Assembly (NCBI GenBank): GCA_036172245.1
Contig: JAYWIR010000016.1
Coordinates: forward strand, 620,001-684,000
Length of the DNA: 64,000 nucleotides
Reading direction: 5' to 3'
Origin: Raillietiella orientalis
Lineage: Eukaryota
The translations under genes were made by a program, and so were the position numbers. Position 1 is the stretch's first letter. Each line of letters opens with the position of its first letter. The notes under the pieces are model-generated. The model was not told where the DNA came from and made no database searches. It saw nothing but the letters and a program-made list of their open reading frames with translations. Of this stretch, positions 1 to 11,900 are shown piece by piece.

Positions 1-255
1 TCCGAATTCCTATGAGGGACGTTCCCCGAAGGGAGCATCGCGTTTCACTCAGGAGAGGCAACCCCGAGGGGGGTATCCAACTTCATGTTGGAAGGTCTCC
101 CTCCGAGGGGACGGTTTTATTTTCACAACGGAGGAGAACCTCAAAGAGAACCGACTCCTTGATCCCTGGAAGGACCCCGGAGGGCCCACTTCCAATCCAG
201 GGCAGTCAACGGGGACATCCGGTTTCTGACTTCCACCAGTGCCGCACCTGAAGCT
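1..255 (+). repeat. Dispersed repeat, diverged copy of 55540-55815 (probably LINE-derived)
   Basis: Shared colinear blocks ttttcacaac.ggag, tgat.cctggaaggaccccgga.gg and cttccaccagtgc.gca.c.gaagc at both loci, same orientation. Confidence 0.75.
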
Positions 256-3135
256 TGAAGTCCAAGAAGCATCATCCTCTAGGAGGGGAATCGAAACTTG
301 CGACACACCCTTTTTTCAGCTTCATCCTTTCTTTTCGCCCGGCCACGCCGGAGCGTTTGTTGCAAAAAAATATTTACCAAAAAAACAGTGACATCAAAAA
401 TGTCCTTCTTTTTAGTGGGTACACATCACCACTGCGAAGGGAAATGCCGCCGCGGAGGAGCTGCTTCACGTGGGCAGCTCCCCGCTGAGGTCCGCACAGG
501 AGGATTGGGGAAGGGGTAAACAAAAACAAAAAAACACACGCACAAAAGTTGAGTCTTAAAAAATGTGAGGGGGAAGGGATCGAGGATTTCTTCCTGGTGT
601 CCTCAGCACCCTCCGGAGGACGTTGGCAACTTGCTCCTCTTGCTGGAGAGATGCGGCCTTCCTCACGAAGGTGCAGACGATTGGGACGACCTCATCACTC
701 GAGTGGCCTTTCGAAGCAGCTTCTCGCCGCCACGATCCCACGAAGGCCGCACGGAGCTGCGAGGGAAGCTGCAGGAGACATCGAGTCGCGCGCGAAGAGG
801 CGCAGAAAAAAACCTCTTTTCCGTTGCCCATCGGGAGTGGAGGGGTCGCAACGGAGCGTTTCCAGTTACTCGGGAGGGCAGCACAATCCAGCAACAGGTG
901 CGGGAAGGTTTCCTGTTTCCCGCACCCGGCACAGTCTGAGGACTACATCCCCTCTTTTCCAACGGTGGACCCGTGCGTTGCTGGGATCGCCCTGTGCAGC
1001 GACTGCAATGCCGAGTCCTGCCATTCCAGGGGAAGCGTGGAGCTGTCCACAAACACCGGGGGTACTTCTGTCTCTTCAGGAAGAACGTGCAGGAGTTGCA
1101 CCAGTGAGGGGTTGTCTTGCTCTCCCTTTGGGGAGAGCGGCAGGGATGCATGCTCCAGCCAGTTGACGCGCCTTCCAGCATCCCAGCTGCTTCTTTTTTC
1201 CCACGATCTCGCAGAATACTTCCTATGTCGGAACTCCATCTCCATTTTGTTGGATTTTGATGAATCTAGGTGCAAGTGGATTGCTCAGTGCTCAGGTGGT
1301 CTTCCGTGCACAGTCCATGATTTCCTGCAACGAGCAGCGAGCGCAATTCGAGAATCACAGGCGTCGCGATGGCTCAGGTCCCACGCCTGAACTGTTTCCT
1401 GTCTTCAGGAGGCACAGTTGGCGGGCGGCAGGAAATCCATCTGTTCTCTTGGACCAAAGCAATCATTTGCCGGTAGCCGTACCGGGGCAGCTCTCGGTGG
1501 CCATGCACGAGGAGCGTACCCAGTCCCTCGGCGCCGACATGCTCGCTTGGAAAGAAGTCTGGCTGGAGCGCACCAGCGGGTGATCCAGAACTTCACCGCT
1601 AGGGCTAATCTTCTACACTGGAGCATCCGCTCCATCCTCTCCAGAGCCGAGTCCGGCGTCCCGACATGGAGCACACAAACCCTTCAAACGATAGGCGTCG
1701 AACCTTTACGGGTATTCGAACCCGCAACGCTTGGTACCATGAGCGGAGAGAGCAGCCACGAGGCAGCCAACGCGCATTCTCTCCCCTTTCTCCGATTACC
1801 GTGATGATCCCTTCTGAATTGTGTGATTGAGAACCATCTCCCTTCTGGGGAACAGAGCGGCTTTAACTGTTTTCCTTCTCTGAGGCAAGACAAGCTGCCT
1901 CTCTAGAGGCATGATCCTTGATCATTCTCCAAAGCAGGTATCAACATGGAAAAATCCCTCGATCATTCTGAGTGCTGAACTGACCCCACATCTCCAACTC
2001 CCAGGAAACGTGACTCAACCTCTTCTCCCGCCATCACAGGACCGTAAGTTATTAGTGTGTGAGCAACCGAGGCCTAAGCTGAGTCGAAGAGATGTTCATC
2101 CCTCCCGAGCTCCTCACTGTTTTCCTGAAATTGCAGCGACCACGAAAGCAACCCAGCCACTGTCAGTCCTCAAACGTACCGTGATTAATTTGGGGGATGT
2201 CCCCGTTGAGCGGATTCCATGCTGAGTTTAGCAGTCTACCCTCATTCTTCCTCCTCTATTCAAACAGTTATTAAATAACCCTATCTCCAGAGAGCGCCAT
2301 GAACAGAGGTCACAAGTGACACCGAACTCCAAGGACAGGAACGAGAAACCAAGCTCTAATCAGCCGCTGCCTCCACACCTTCAGCCGAACCTAAACTTCC
2401 CACAGGTTCTCTTCAGTCTGGACTTTTTGGAATGCAGTAGCTCACAAGCACCAATATTCTTAGCTGAAGCGATTTCCTGAAGATTCAACGCTCCGCTCCT
2501 GCTGTTAAGGGGACGTCATCCCGTTTCATCCTCTAGACTCATCCTGGGAGACACACATGATTCCCGATTCCCGAATAGCATTTTTCACGCGTTGTTCTCG
2601 AGTATGTTCGACTAACAGTTTTTTCTCCTTGTCAGTTGCACTTTTCCCTTGCACTTCGTTGTCCAGGACTGCCTGGCGATCCTCTGCTGCAACTCGAAAG
2701 TCATCTTTTCTTCCCCGTTTCGACCGATGGAGGGACGTCGCACTCCCGGAAAACGCAATTTCGTCTTTCCGCCTTCCGCATTCTCGGAAAGTGCTCTAAC
2801 TCTACAGATGCACAAACTGGAGGATGTCAGAAATGCCATCTGTCCTTATGATCTGGAATGCATTCATAAACTTGCATTATTCTTCCTTTCCTTCTTCCTT
2901 CTTCATCCCTGCGTGTTCGTTCGGTCCTGTGTCGAAGTTTTGTTAGCGAAAGAAATGGCGAGCTCAGTGTGTGGGCATAAATTGAAGCAAAGACGGTTGC
3001 TGACGCAGACAGACAGTAGTGCCATCATCGTCTGTCCTTGGATATGCTTTGTCTTCCTCCCCTAGTTAGAGCACGTTTTCGAATTTTGTGAACAGTTCTC
3101 TCTTTGGCCGCTGGTACAGAGTTGTTGCATCGGGG

Positions 3136-3137
<2 letters not shown>

Positions 3138-3167
<30 letters not shown>
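3138..3167. repeat. (GT)15 microsatellite
   Basis: Direct inspection. Confidence 0.95.
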
Positions 3168-3171
<4 letters not shown>

Positions 3172-4859
3172 CTGATCCAACGTTTGTAACCTCTTTCTTC
3201 TTCATGCCTGTACTTCGTTTTGCCTTCTGAAGAGTTTCGTTTGCCGGACAGAGAAGCCGTCTTTCATCGGGAGCATTTCTGGAATGGAGCAACCTTCCCG
3301 GATCCCCGTGTTCGAATCCCGGAAGCACGTGTGTGTGTGTTGCGCATCGCGGAGCTGAGCTGGAGCAGGCTTGCTGCCTCTCCTGTTCACCTCGCAGTAG
3401 CAGGTGGCCTCGTGCTCGGCGACCTTTCGAGTCACCTGGGATTTCTGACGATCCGAGAGCAAGCAAGTTTCTCGAAACCACGAAATGGCTGTCTGGGTCC
3501 CCGAGCCTTCGGATGAATCTGAGATCGCAGAATTCAGCTTACTTAAGGGGAATATAATTTTACCCCCAAAACGAAAATTCGAGGCTCATGGCATTGGTCC
3601 ACTCTTGTGTGCTTTCGGTTCCCCTGTTCCAGAATCACTGACCCACAGACTGCACTAGGATGACTCTCAGACCGAGAGCTCCTGTGTCCCAACAAGCTCG
3701 CATCGAAGAGAACCTGTAGCATGGATACGACAGATGGTGGAGCGGCAGCGACTGATTAGGTCTTTGGTTCTTCTCTCTGTTCTCGGAACATAGTGTCTTT
3801 TGGCTGCGCTGCGCCGCAGCTGAATGGCTGTGGGAACCCGCACCAACATTTTCTGTCCCTGCGACCAATTTCTCAGTTACCAAGCTCCGTTCCTTTCCAC
3901 CTGCACAGTAAGGAAGAGGACTCTGATCCCACGCTGAAACAAGAGTCGGCAGAGGCTGCTTGAGTGCACAGACCCTTCCCTTTGACATGCTCGAAGTCAT
4001 CGCCAGGTCCACGCGCTTTCATAATTCCTCCTTCCACTTCTTAGGTACCACTCCAAGCTCTCAGCAGACCCGACTTAACAGAAGGCTGGAGGCATTTTGC
4101 AGGTGTCACAGAAGAGAGGATGGTGCACTAAAATTCACTTATGACCCATCTTCCAGGTTTTCAAGGAGTCTCACCACAAGTCGATCGTCACCTTGGGAAG
4201 GCTAGGAAGAATAGAAGTTCCCGAAGGTGTGAAACGGCGCACCAGATTCAGGCAGCACCAACACATCGCAGCTGCAACTCACCCGCAGCACAGCCATGGT
4301 GGCCTCCAGAGTAGCATCAGATGGAGGGAAGGCTGTGAGAGTGTTCCGTTCGCCTCACCAGCTCCTGACCGGCACCTTGGACTCAGCAGAGCCACCAACC
4401 GGTGGCTCTGCTGCCAGCTCTTGCTTGTAGGAAACGCTTGCAGCCGGGTATGCAGCGTCACCCATCTTGCTGCTTGCCCAAGCACGTTTTCGTGACCGTC
4501 TGTTCCGTTATCCCCGATGGTCGAAAACTCTTTCTAATTTGTTAGCAAACAATTTCTCTCACCGTTGCATGCTCATCTCGGGAGTGCTAATCACTTATCT
4601 TAAGGAGTATTCTCAACAGCGCATTCAACACTTCGTAGACAGCGGACGTCTCTGCAGCTCAATCGGAGCCGCATCTAGCGTAAGTTCCAAGTGATGGCTT
4701 CTATCAGTTGGATGGCCAGTTGACCAATTAAATTGCTGGAGTGCCATCTCGAAGCGACTGCTTCTGGCAGCTTCGAGGAACACTGCAAACAAGCAAAAGC
4801 ATGCTGCCTACCTCATATTCCCCTCGCTCTTCGGCTCGCCTTCAGGCTCCCCTAACTCC

Positions 4860-5202
4860 TGAGAATCGGGAAGGCGGTCCCTTCCACAGGATCCCTCTCC
4901 GAGGTGCCGTTGACAACGGGCGCCCAGTTTCACGCTTGCCAGTCCCCTCCATCCGATTCTTAGGGAACGCTTGGATCGCCGTCCTTGCTTACTTCATCGC
5001 TCTTGCGTCTCAGCTTTGTCAGTTTGGCAGCAAGTACCGGCAGCAGCCATCCTACCAAAGAAGCCATCCGTCTGCAAGCGTCTTAGCGCGCCCCTGGACC
5101 GGCGGGAAGGGTTGCTTTCAAATTCTGCTCTCGAACGGGTGCAGCCAAGGCTCTTTTGGAGTGGACATCGGCGCTTTCCACCGATGGGATTCCGTCTCCT
5201 GA
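4860..5202 (+). mobile_element. Decayed LINE RT fragment
   Basis: One frame contains IPLRGAVDNGRPVSRL..IRFLGNAW (cf. IPKKG..NWRPISLL..KIL.KAL) and GSFGVDIGAFHRWD (cf. LD.EKAFDRVD). Confidence 0.45.
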
Positions 5203-5660
5203 TCCCCTTATAAAAATTTTGTCCACGGCTGAGCTGTCCGGGAAAAAAAAAGGGGGGGGGGAGGGGAAAAAAACTTCTGCAGTTGCTCCGCGTCGTGCTC
5301 AGCGCAAACACGGAAGACTTCGCAAAGAGGCATGAGCGCCAGTGCAATAAAAGGCCTCGACTCCCGAATTTCGTAATCTGCTGCCAGCGAAGAGACATGA
5401 TGGAGCACTGCGTGTAAGGAATCTTTCGTACGACTGGCACACCCCGATCTGTTGTAAGATTAAGCTGTGTCATCTGGTTTTCCAAAGTACTCATCTCCCA
5501 GGTTTTTATTAGGTTCCCCTTAACTACTGTATCACGAGGTTGTCAACAGTATCCTGCGAGCGCAGGAAATCTAATATATTAGCGTCACAGTTGATGCGAG
5601 CTCGTGGATGACTGATCCAATTTCCACCGAAATTCTATCCACATGTGGACCGAAGCCTTT

Positions 5661-5922
5661 TATTCCCGATTAATGGATGGCACGAGTTGTCAGGTCGTTC
5701 TCTACATGTCTCGCACGAAGCCAGAAGGCGGGAGAATTTCCCTTACCCCATGATTTGCAGTCGGGAAGGCCAGCGGACTCGTCAGGGAGGATATTCCCGA
5801 TTAATGGATGGCACGAGTTGTCAGGTCATTCTCTACATGTCTCGCACGAAGCCAGAAGGCGGGAGAATTTCCCTTACCCCATGATTTGCAGTCGGGAAGG
5901 CCAGCGGACTCGTCAGGGAGGA
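5661..5922. repeat. Tandem duplication, 2 x 131 bp
   Basis: 5661-5791 and 5792-5922 are identical except G5697/A5828. Confidence 0.97.
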
Positions 5923-8900
5923 AGAGACTGAAATCTGGAAGCGGGTGCCAGCACGCCGCCACCGCGTTCTCCACCCACTCCCGAACTACTTGGGGCCTCG
6001 CTCTGCTCTCGGGCGCCACTGTGCCCTTGTAGTTCGGGTCCCCCCTTGTTAGAGAGCAATCCGTCTTTTCATCCTTTTCCCATGGAACACACTGAAACGC
6101 CGTAATTAGGATTCCTCTCGTAAAAAATGTCATTGTCTTTTTGAAATCATTTGTCATATTTTCGCAACAAGTTCGAAGCGAGAGAAGGGCAGGGGAGGGG
6201 AGGAAGGAGTCCAGGACGCGTTTCGGAAGATCGGCATCCAGGAATGGGGGAGGGGGTTTCCCGAATAGCTCCGAGTCGTTCTCGCTCACACCTCTGCTCC
6301 GGAATTCGATCCTTGGTCGTTGCCGCCACCATTCCGCCGAGCGCCGCTTACGCGCTCCCCATCGCAATTTCAGCAAGCCCTCCCGATGATCGTAAATCTG
6401 CTCCCTTCCCTCCCCTTGCTCCTCGGACGTTTACGCGTGTCATCTGAGCTTGAATTTCCCTCGAGCGCGCGAAACTCGAGAAAGATTCCGCGACGCCGGG
6501 AGACCCGAGGTTCGTCCCCCGCGGCAAACGGGGCAGCACCGTCCCATCCTTCCCGCCTTCGAGATGAGGCTGGAGCGAACTCTCCTCTAACCTAGTCAGC
6601 GATCCACCTTTCCCTTCCCTCCCTCAGCAAGGATAACTTTCCGCGTTCCGCGAAGAAACCATCCCGAGGAATCTCTGGGGGGCGTCGGCGGCTCCGCGAA
6701 AGCGAGGATGCTGGCAGGACTGTTTGGGATCCCCGCAGCCGCATCCCCGAACGGTCGGGGAGGAGGCGGGTGCACCGAATGAAACGGGGGGAAGGGCCAG
6801 GAGGGAAAGGGGGTGGCCGCGGGGTTATTTTTGAATCAGAAATTTCTCCAGGCAACGGCGGAGGAGCAGCTGCTAATCTCGCATCAGAGACCGCATGGGA
6901 GATAATCTCGTTAGAAAATGATAGACACGAACGCGATAGGGAGCTCGCCTGAGAACGCAGGAAATTTGAAGTAATGATGTTAGCTGCAGCACGGGGTACG
7001 TAACGATGCACTGGGATGTATTTCGAGGAATGTCGGGAGGCTATCATTAGATCCCGTTTTACCAGCTATTTCTCCGATGTAATGGATCCCTGCCAAACAC
7101 ACACACACAAAGCGGCAGCGTTGCGTGCGTGACGCAATTAGCATCAGCTGAGCTGGAGGTGCGGGGAAGAGTCTTACGCTGCCGAACACCTGGAGTAAAT
7201 AGGGTGTTGACGATCGTGTCGATGGAAACACTCAGCCGAGCACCCGATTCTCGGGTAGGCTCTGGAACGGCTTCCAGAACCTGAGAATCGGGCGAGGGAG
7301 CCGAAGGAGGTGTGACAGTGCCGTCAGCAGCCGCGACCACGACCGCCACCACAGCAGCAAAAAGCCACACTCGTTCGTCCTCTCTGCCCACCTCTTGCGC
7401 CCCACCTACTTCATCACTCTGACGATGGGTGCCCCTGAACCAGTCGTCCTGGAATAGGTGAAGTTCCTTCTGACGAGGCGTGGCCATCCTGTGGATCGAA
7501 ACCCGGTGGCGGCGAAAAGAGGATGCTCACCCAAGCGGCCTTGCAGCTGCCTGCCTGCTCCAGCATGCAGGTCCGGGAGTGCGTTTCAACCGTTACTCTG
7601 GAAGCCCTTCCGAACCTGAGGAATTCCTTCTCCAGCGAAATGAGCGCTCCGCTTCCGGAACTCTTGGTGCTGACTCAAAAGATGAAGTTCGTGAAAGGGG
7701 TGTTCCCTCGGATGCACCGGGTATAGTCCGAGACTTCTTAAGTGAAGTACGAAAAGCGCGTGCTCGTCCTTCCAGGCGACTCTAAAGGTGTCCACTGGCG
7801 TTTCGGCAGTCAAGAACTGCTCACGCGTATCGACAGTCAGAGCAGTCGATGGAAGCGGTGGTCCAGCAAACCTGCCTCGAAGGGGGGAACCAAATGGGAA
7901 TCCTCTGGGAATGCTGAGACGGATCGAGCAGCTTTCGGGAATAATCTCCCCGCTGCCTCGGGAACGGGCGTGCAACAGACGCGGAAGCTGCGTGCGGCGA
8001 AGGACGGGTGTGATGGTGGGAGTGCAAATCTCTCCCGGCCGCCGCCTTCACGGAACAGCGAATCGAGGCGCGCCCTCATCCAAGCGTGGTCTGAGTCTCC
8101 TTTCGCTCCTTGTGGATGTCTTCAATCACTTTCTATCTGATGTTTTCTTTCGGCAGCAGATTTCTGTCGTGTATCCGCATTACTCCTCAGCTCCGAGACA
8201 ATGTAGCTTTTATTTATCTTTGTTGAGATGTACTTTGCTTATTGATTCAAGTACGAATGGCCTGGAGATTAGCTAATCACAAAACTACTTAGACTCTTGC
8301 AGGCTTCCATTTGTTGTGCAGCAGCGCAGTTTTCTTGTCTGCAGTCTTCCATTGAAATTCCGTGTAGCTCACTCATTTAGAGGTCTGATAGAAAGCAATC
8401 CCCTGGAGATTCTTCCGTTATCTTCACATGTTCCGAGTTAAACAGGAGAATAAAGCGAAAGAGATTGTCTTCAAGCACAGAAGCACAGAAAATCGAAACG
8501 CAGAGCTTCCGGAACATCCCTTTTATTTATAACTGGATATTCACAGATAAATGGGAAATAAAGCGCCGTATTAAGGAATGAACGAACCGACGGGGCCGGT
8601 GGGTTTTCAGGAAGCAATTCACCTTCATTCTGAACGCGATGAAGACAGGTTCAAACGTTAATTGATTGGGTCAACCTATTGGAAATGCAACGACGATAGT
8701 CATTTTCATGGTCCCAGAGGATCCATGAAAGTTGCCGCCGCTGTTGCACAGGAGGGAGGCAAAAATTGACTCAGAAGTCAGTGATCTCATCATGATGAGC
8801 AGATTTTGCGTGTAGCTGATGCCAAGGTCATCGAGCAGTTTTGTATTCAGAATCTGCATGTCAGTTCTAGTGAGTTTGCTTGTCTTCCTCAGCAAATTTT

Positions 8901-11900
8901 TCATGTCCTCGATTTCTCGGCTGCAGTCCCATCCCACGACCATTTCCCCTGAAGAACCAGAGTTTCGATAAACGATGTCACCTCCACGAGCAATCTGAGC
9001 CATTCGTTAGCATCCCTGTTCCCCCTGCTGCAGTGGACATCTTGGAATGCATTCCTGAATAGGCTAAAAACCAGAAGGAGTGGCTACTCATCTCGAAAGG
9101 AACCTGGCAATCTGGTTCCAGCCTGCAAGAGTTGCGCATTCGCCCCTCCGCGCACGTTCCGCATGTTCTCCAAAGTGCGCTGCCTCTGGCGGTGTACGCA
9201 GACAGCCTGCGGTCCTCGAGCTCGTGACCGTGGCCCCGAAAGCCCAGAGTTCGGGAATTCACCGCTCGTTCCCTGAAAGTGAGCTCGGAGTGCGCTCGTT
9301 TTCCCAGTTGTCCACAAAAGCTTAATGAACTCTCATGAAGTGAGTTTCCCACGTGGAAAAACGAATCCTGTCACTTCTCCCGCGCCCTGCCTCCTCCTCC
9401 TATCTCTGGCGTTCGCCCGGGATGACCTCGAAACGATTACTCCCTTGCCCATTTCATATCATCGAAAAGAGGCAAAAACTCACAGGAATGCGTTCGAGCA
9501 CTTCTCTTTCCTGCTTGCCAGCATTCCAGGTTTTTTCCCGCCCGTCTCGCAAGATCCGAAATCTGCGAACACGAAATCTGCGTTCTTTAAGAGGAAAAGG
9601 AACCTTCCAGAAGGCACTGATTCGGACACGTGCTCAACCCTGACCAAGGCAGCTGAGAACGGGTCTGCGAAGACCTGTTTGTGTGGAATGCATGTGCTCC
9701 TTTCAATAGATGCTGATTTTTCCACTTTGCTTCAACGAGAAATGTTGCACTCTCAGAGACACTCAAAAGCAGTCCTTAGTTTGACCGCATGCAGTGTAGT
9801 GTAGCGTCATGTGTTCCCAGTGTACACTGACTTAGGGTGTTCGACAGAATGCGTTCCCCTCAACGGCCGGTCACCTTCGCCGCTAAAGTCCTGAATCATC
9901 TGCAGAGGCATTTTTAACAGAGGAAAGACACACCCACCACACGCGCCAACGGAAACAAAGCGGTCCCTCTCGTGTCCCGTCACCTGGGAAACCTCCTCGC
10001 TGAGGACGAAAGAAGAGGCGAAGGAAACGCACATTCCTTTTTCTATACTACGAGCTGTGACCTTGCACAGCAGTGGTGTTGCGAACTGGAAATACTCGTG
10101 CAGGAGAGCTTCCGCTCCCGTGGATAGGTTGCCGATATGGCCAGAAGCAATAACTTTGAAGAGTGTAAGAACAGGTTGGACGATTTCTGGCCGCCGGAAA
10201 GTCACCTTAGTACAGCAATTTGGTCCTCCGTCAAGCAGAGAGGCTCCAGCGACGCAGCTATGGGTTGCTTCGTGGATGATTGTACACCTCCCATGAATAC
10301 GCTCGCTTAACCTGGAATTTTTTGTCCATCTCTTGGGATCCATATCCGGACATTTAAGGTTATTTCCCTTCAAACGCTTCTCCCGGAATGGATTTCCAGC
10401 TACCCCCACCACAGTCACTCTGTCTCGGACTCGCGAAATGGAACATCCCGTCAAAACTTGACGCTGGTCTGAAGGCGTGTCTGCCTGCCGAAGACTGCCT
10501 GATGCTCCAGCGCTTCTGGCGAATGCTGGTTTTCGCGCATGGTCACGCAATTTTGAGAAACGCGCGCCCTCTCTTCGTGAACAGCGATGCAGCATCCCAG
10601 CTTCCCTTCCCGAGGACCGCGGCCAAGACACATGGCCATGATCTCTCTATCAAAGGAAGAGTTCGTTCGAAAAGAAAATTTTCAATCACGGCTGCACGTT
10701 AATCACGTCGGATGCTCAGATGCTCGCGCGAGCGTTTCTAAAAAGAACAGAGTTGGATAATAAGGCGTTGCTGCTTGGTTTTCGTTCACTCACTTTCGCT
10801 TTGAGCAGGCGTCGGTGGCACTCTTCGACATCAAGCTGGAAAACGCCTGCATCTTTTTTTCTTTCTCGATCATCCCCCAAAGACTTGCACACCGATGGAG
10901 GAAAGTGCCCGCTCGCTGCCCCCCTTGAATCGAAAGAGGAAGTGCTTCACTCGAGTCCTGCGGGTGTTTCACCTGCCTCGGGATTCCGCGAGTATGCCTT
11001 CATGGCGGCACGTGGAGGCATGGAAGGACGAAGGTTCCATTCCAGCCGTTCCCGTCATCCACCGGGATGGAAGGCAGCACGTGGCTGCTTTCCTGCAATC
11101 GGAAACGCTTGCCGAAATGGTGTCGATTCAGAATTCCCTCTTTCGACGTGCTCAAGGACTGCTTTGCTTGAGCTTCTCGAAGAAGGAAGAGTCATTTGAA
11201 GGATGGTGAAACGGGGTTTCACAAAATCACAGGAGACCTCAGGATGCTCCCGTTTCATTTATTACGAAGGATGCATTGCCACGGAAGATGCCAGCAATTT
11301 TTTTTTTTTTTTTTTTTTCAAGAGAGAAAAATGAGAAGAATGCAAAAGCAAGGAATTGCATTGCCACAGGGGGGATATGCAAAATCATGACACATCCGTG
11401 AAGAGGAAACTCAGGACATTCGTGCACACCCTTGATCCTGAAAGTGGTGGTCGAGGAAGCTGAAAATCAACACCAAGGAAGAGCACTGCCATTTTTTGTC
11501 ATATCGGAAGACGCAGGCACGACTTTGATTGATCGACACCCAGGAAATCAGAGCACATCTGATTAATCAACTTTCTGTAGCGTATAGAATCCAAGGAGGC
11601 TGCGGTTGCAGCGCAGCTGAACCATACAGATTCTGACTTCTCTGATAGCAAGAAGGGGTTGACCTTTAAACGGAAACAGAGGCTGGGCAGATACGAGAAC
11701 CAAGAAAAGAGGGTATCTCTCTCGTGTGCTTGAATGTGGATAGGCATTTATTTCCCCTGCATGCACACTCGTGTTCGTGAAGCACTGAGTTGAAATCGCA
11801 CCAGAGCATCACTTTTGAAAGAATTCCTGGTTTCAACATAGCAGGGTCCAGCAAGCACATCCTAGCAAATATTGAAAGGGCATCTGTGAAGAAGAGTTCC

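Noticed and set aside
2807..2920. Hydrophobic stretch (KLALFFLSFFLL) as an alternative Beat signal-peptide exon
   Set aside because: No good phase-1 donor follows, it derives from a CTT-rich tract, and a better exon exists at 19966-20047.
3300..3325. tRNA B-box-like GTTCGAATCCC (also GGTTCGAACCC near 13310)
   Set aside because: No A-box or cloverleaf could be built around either site.
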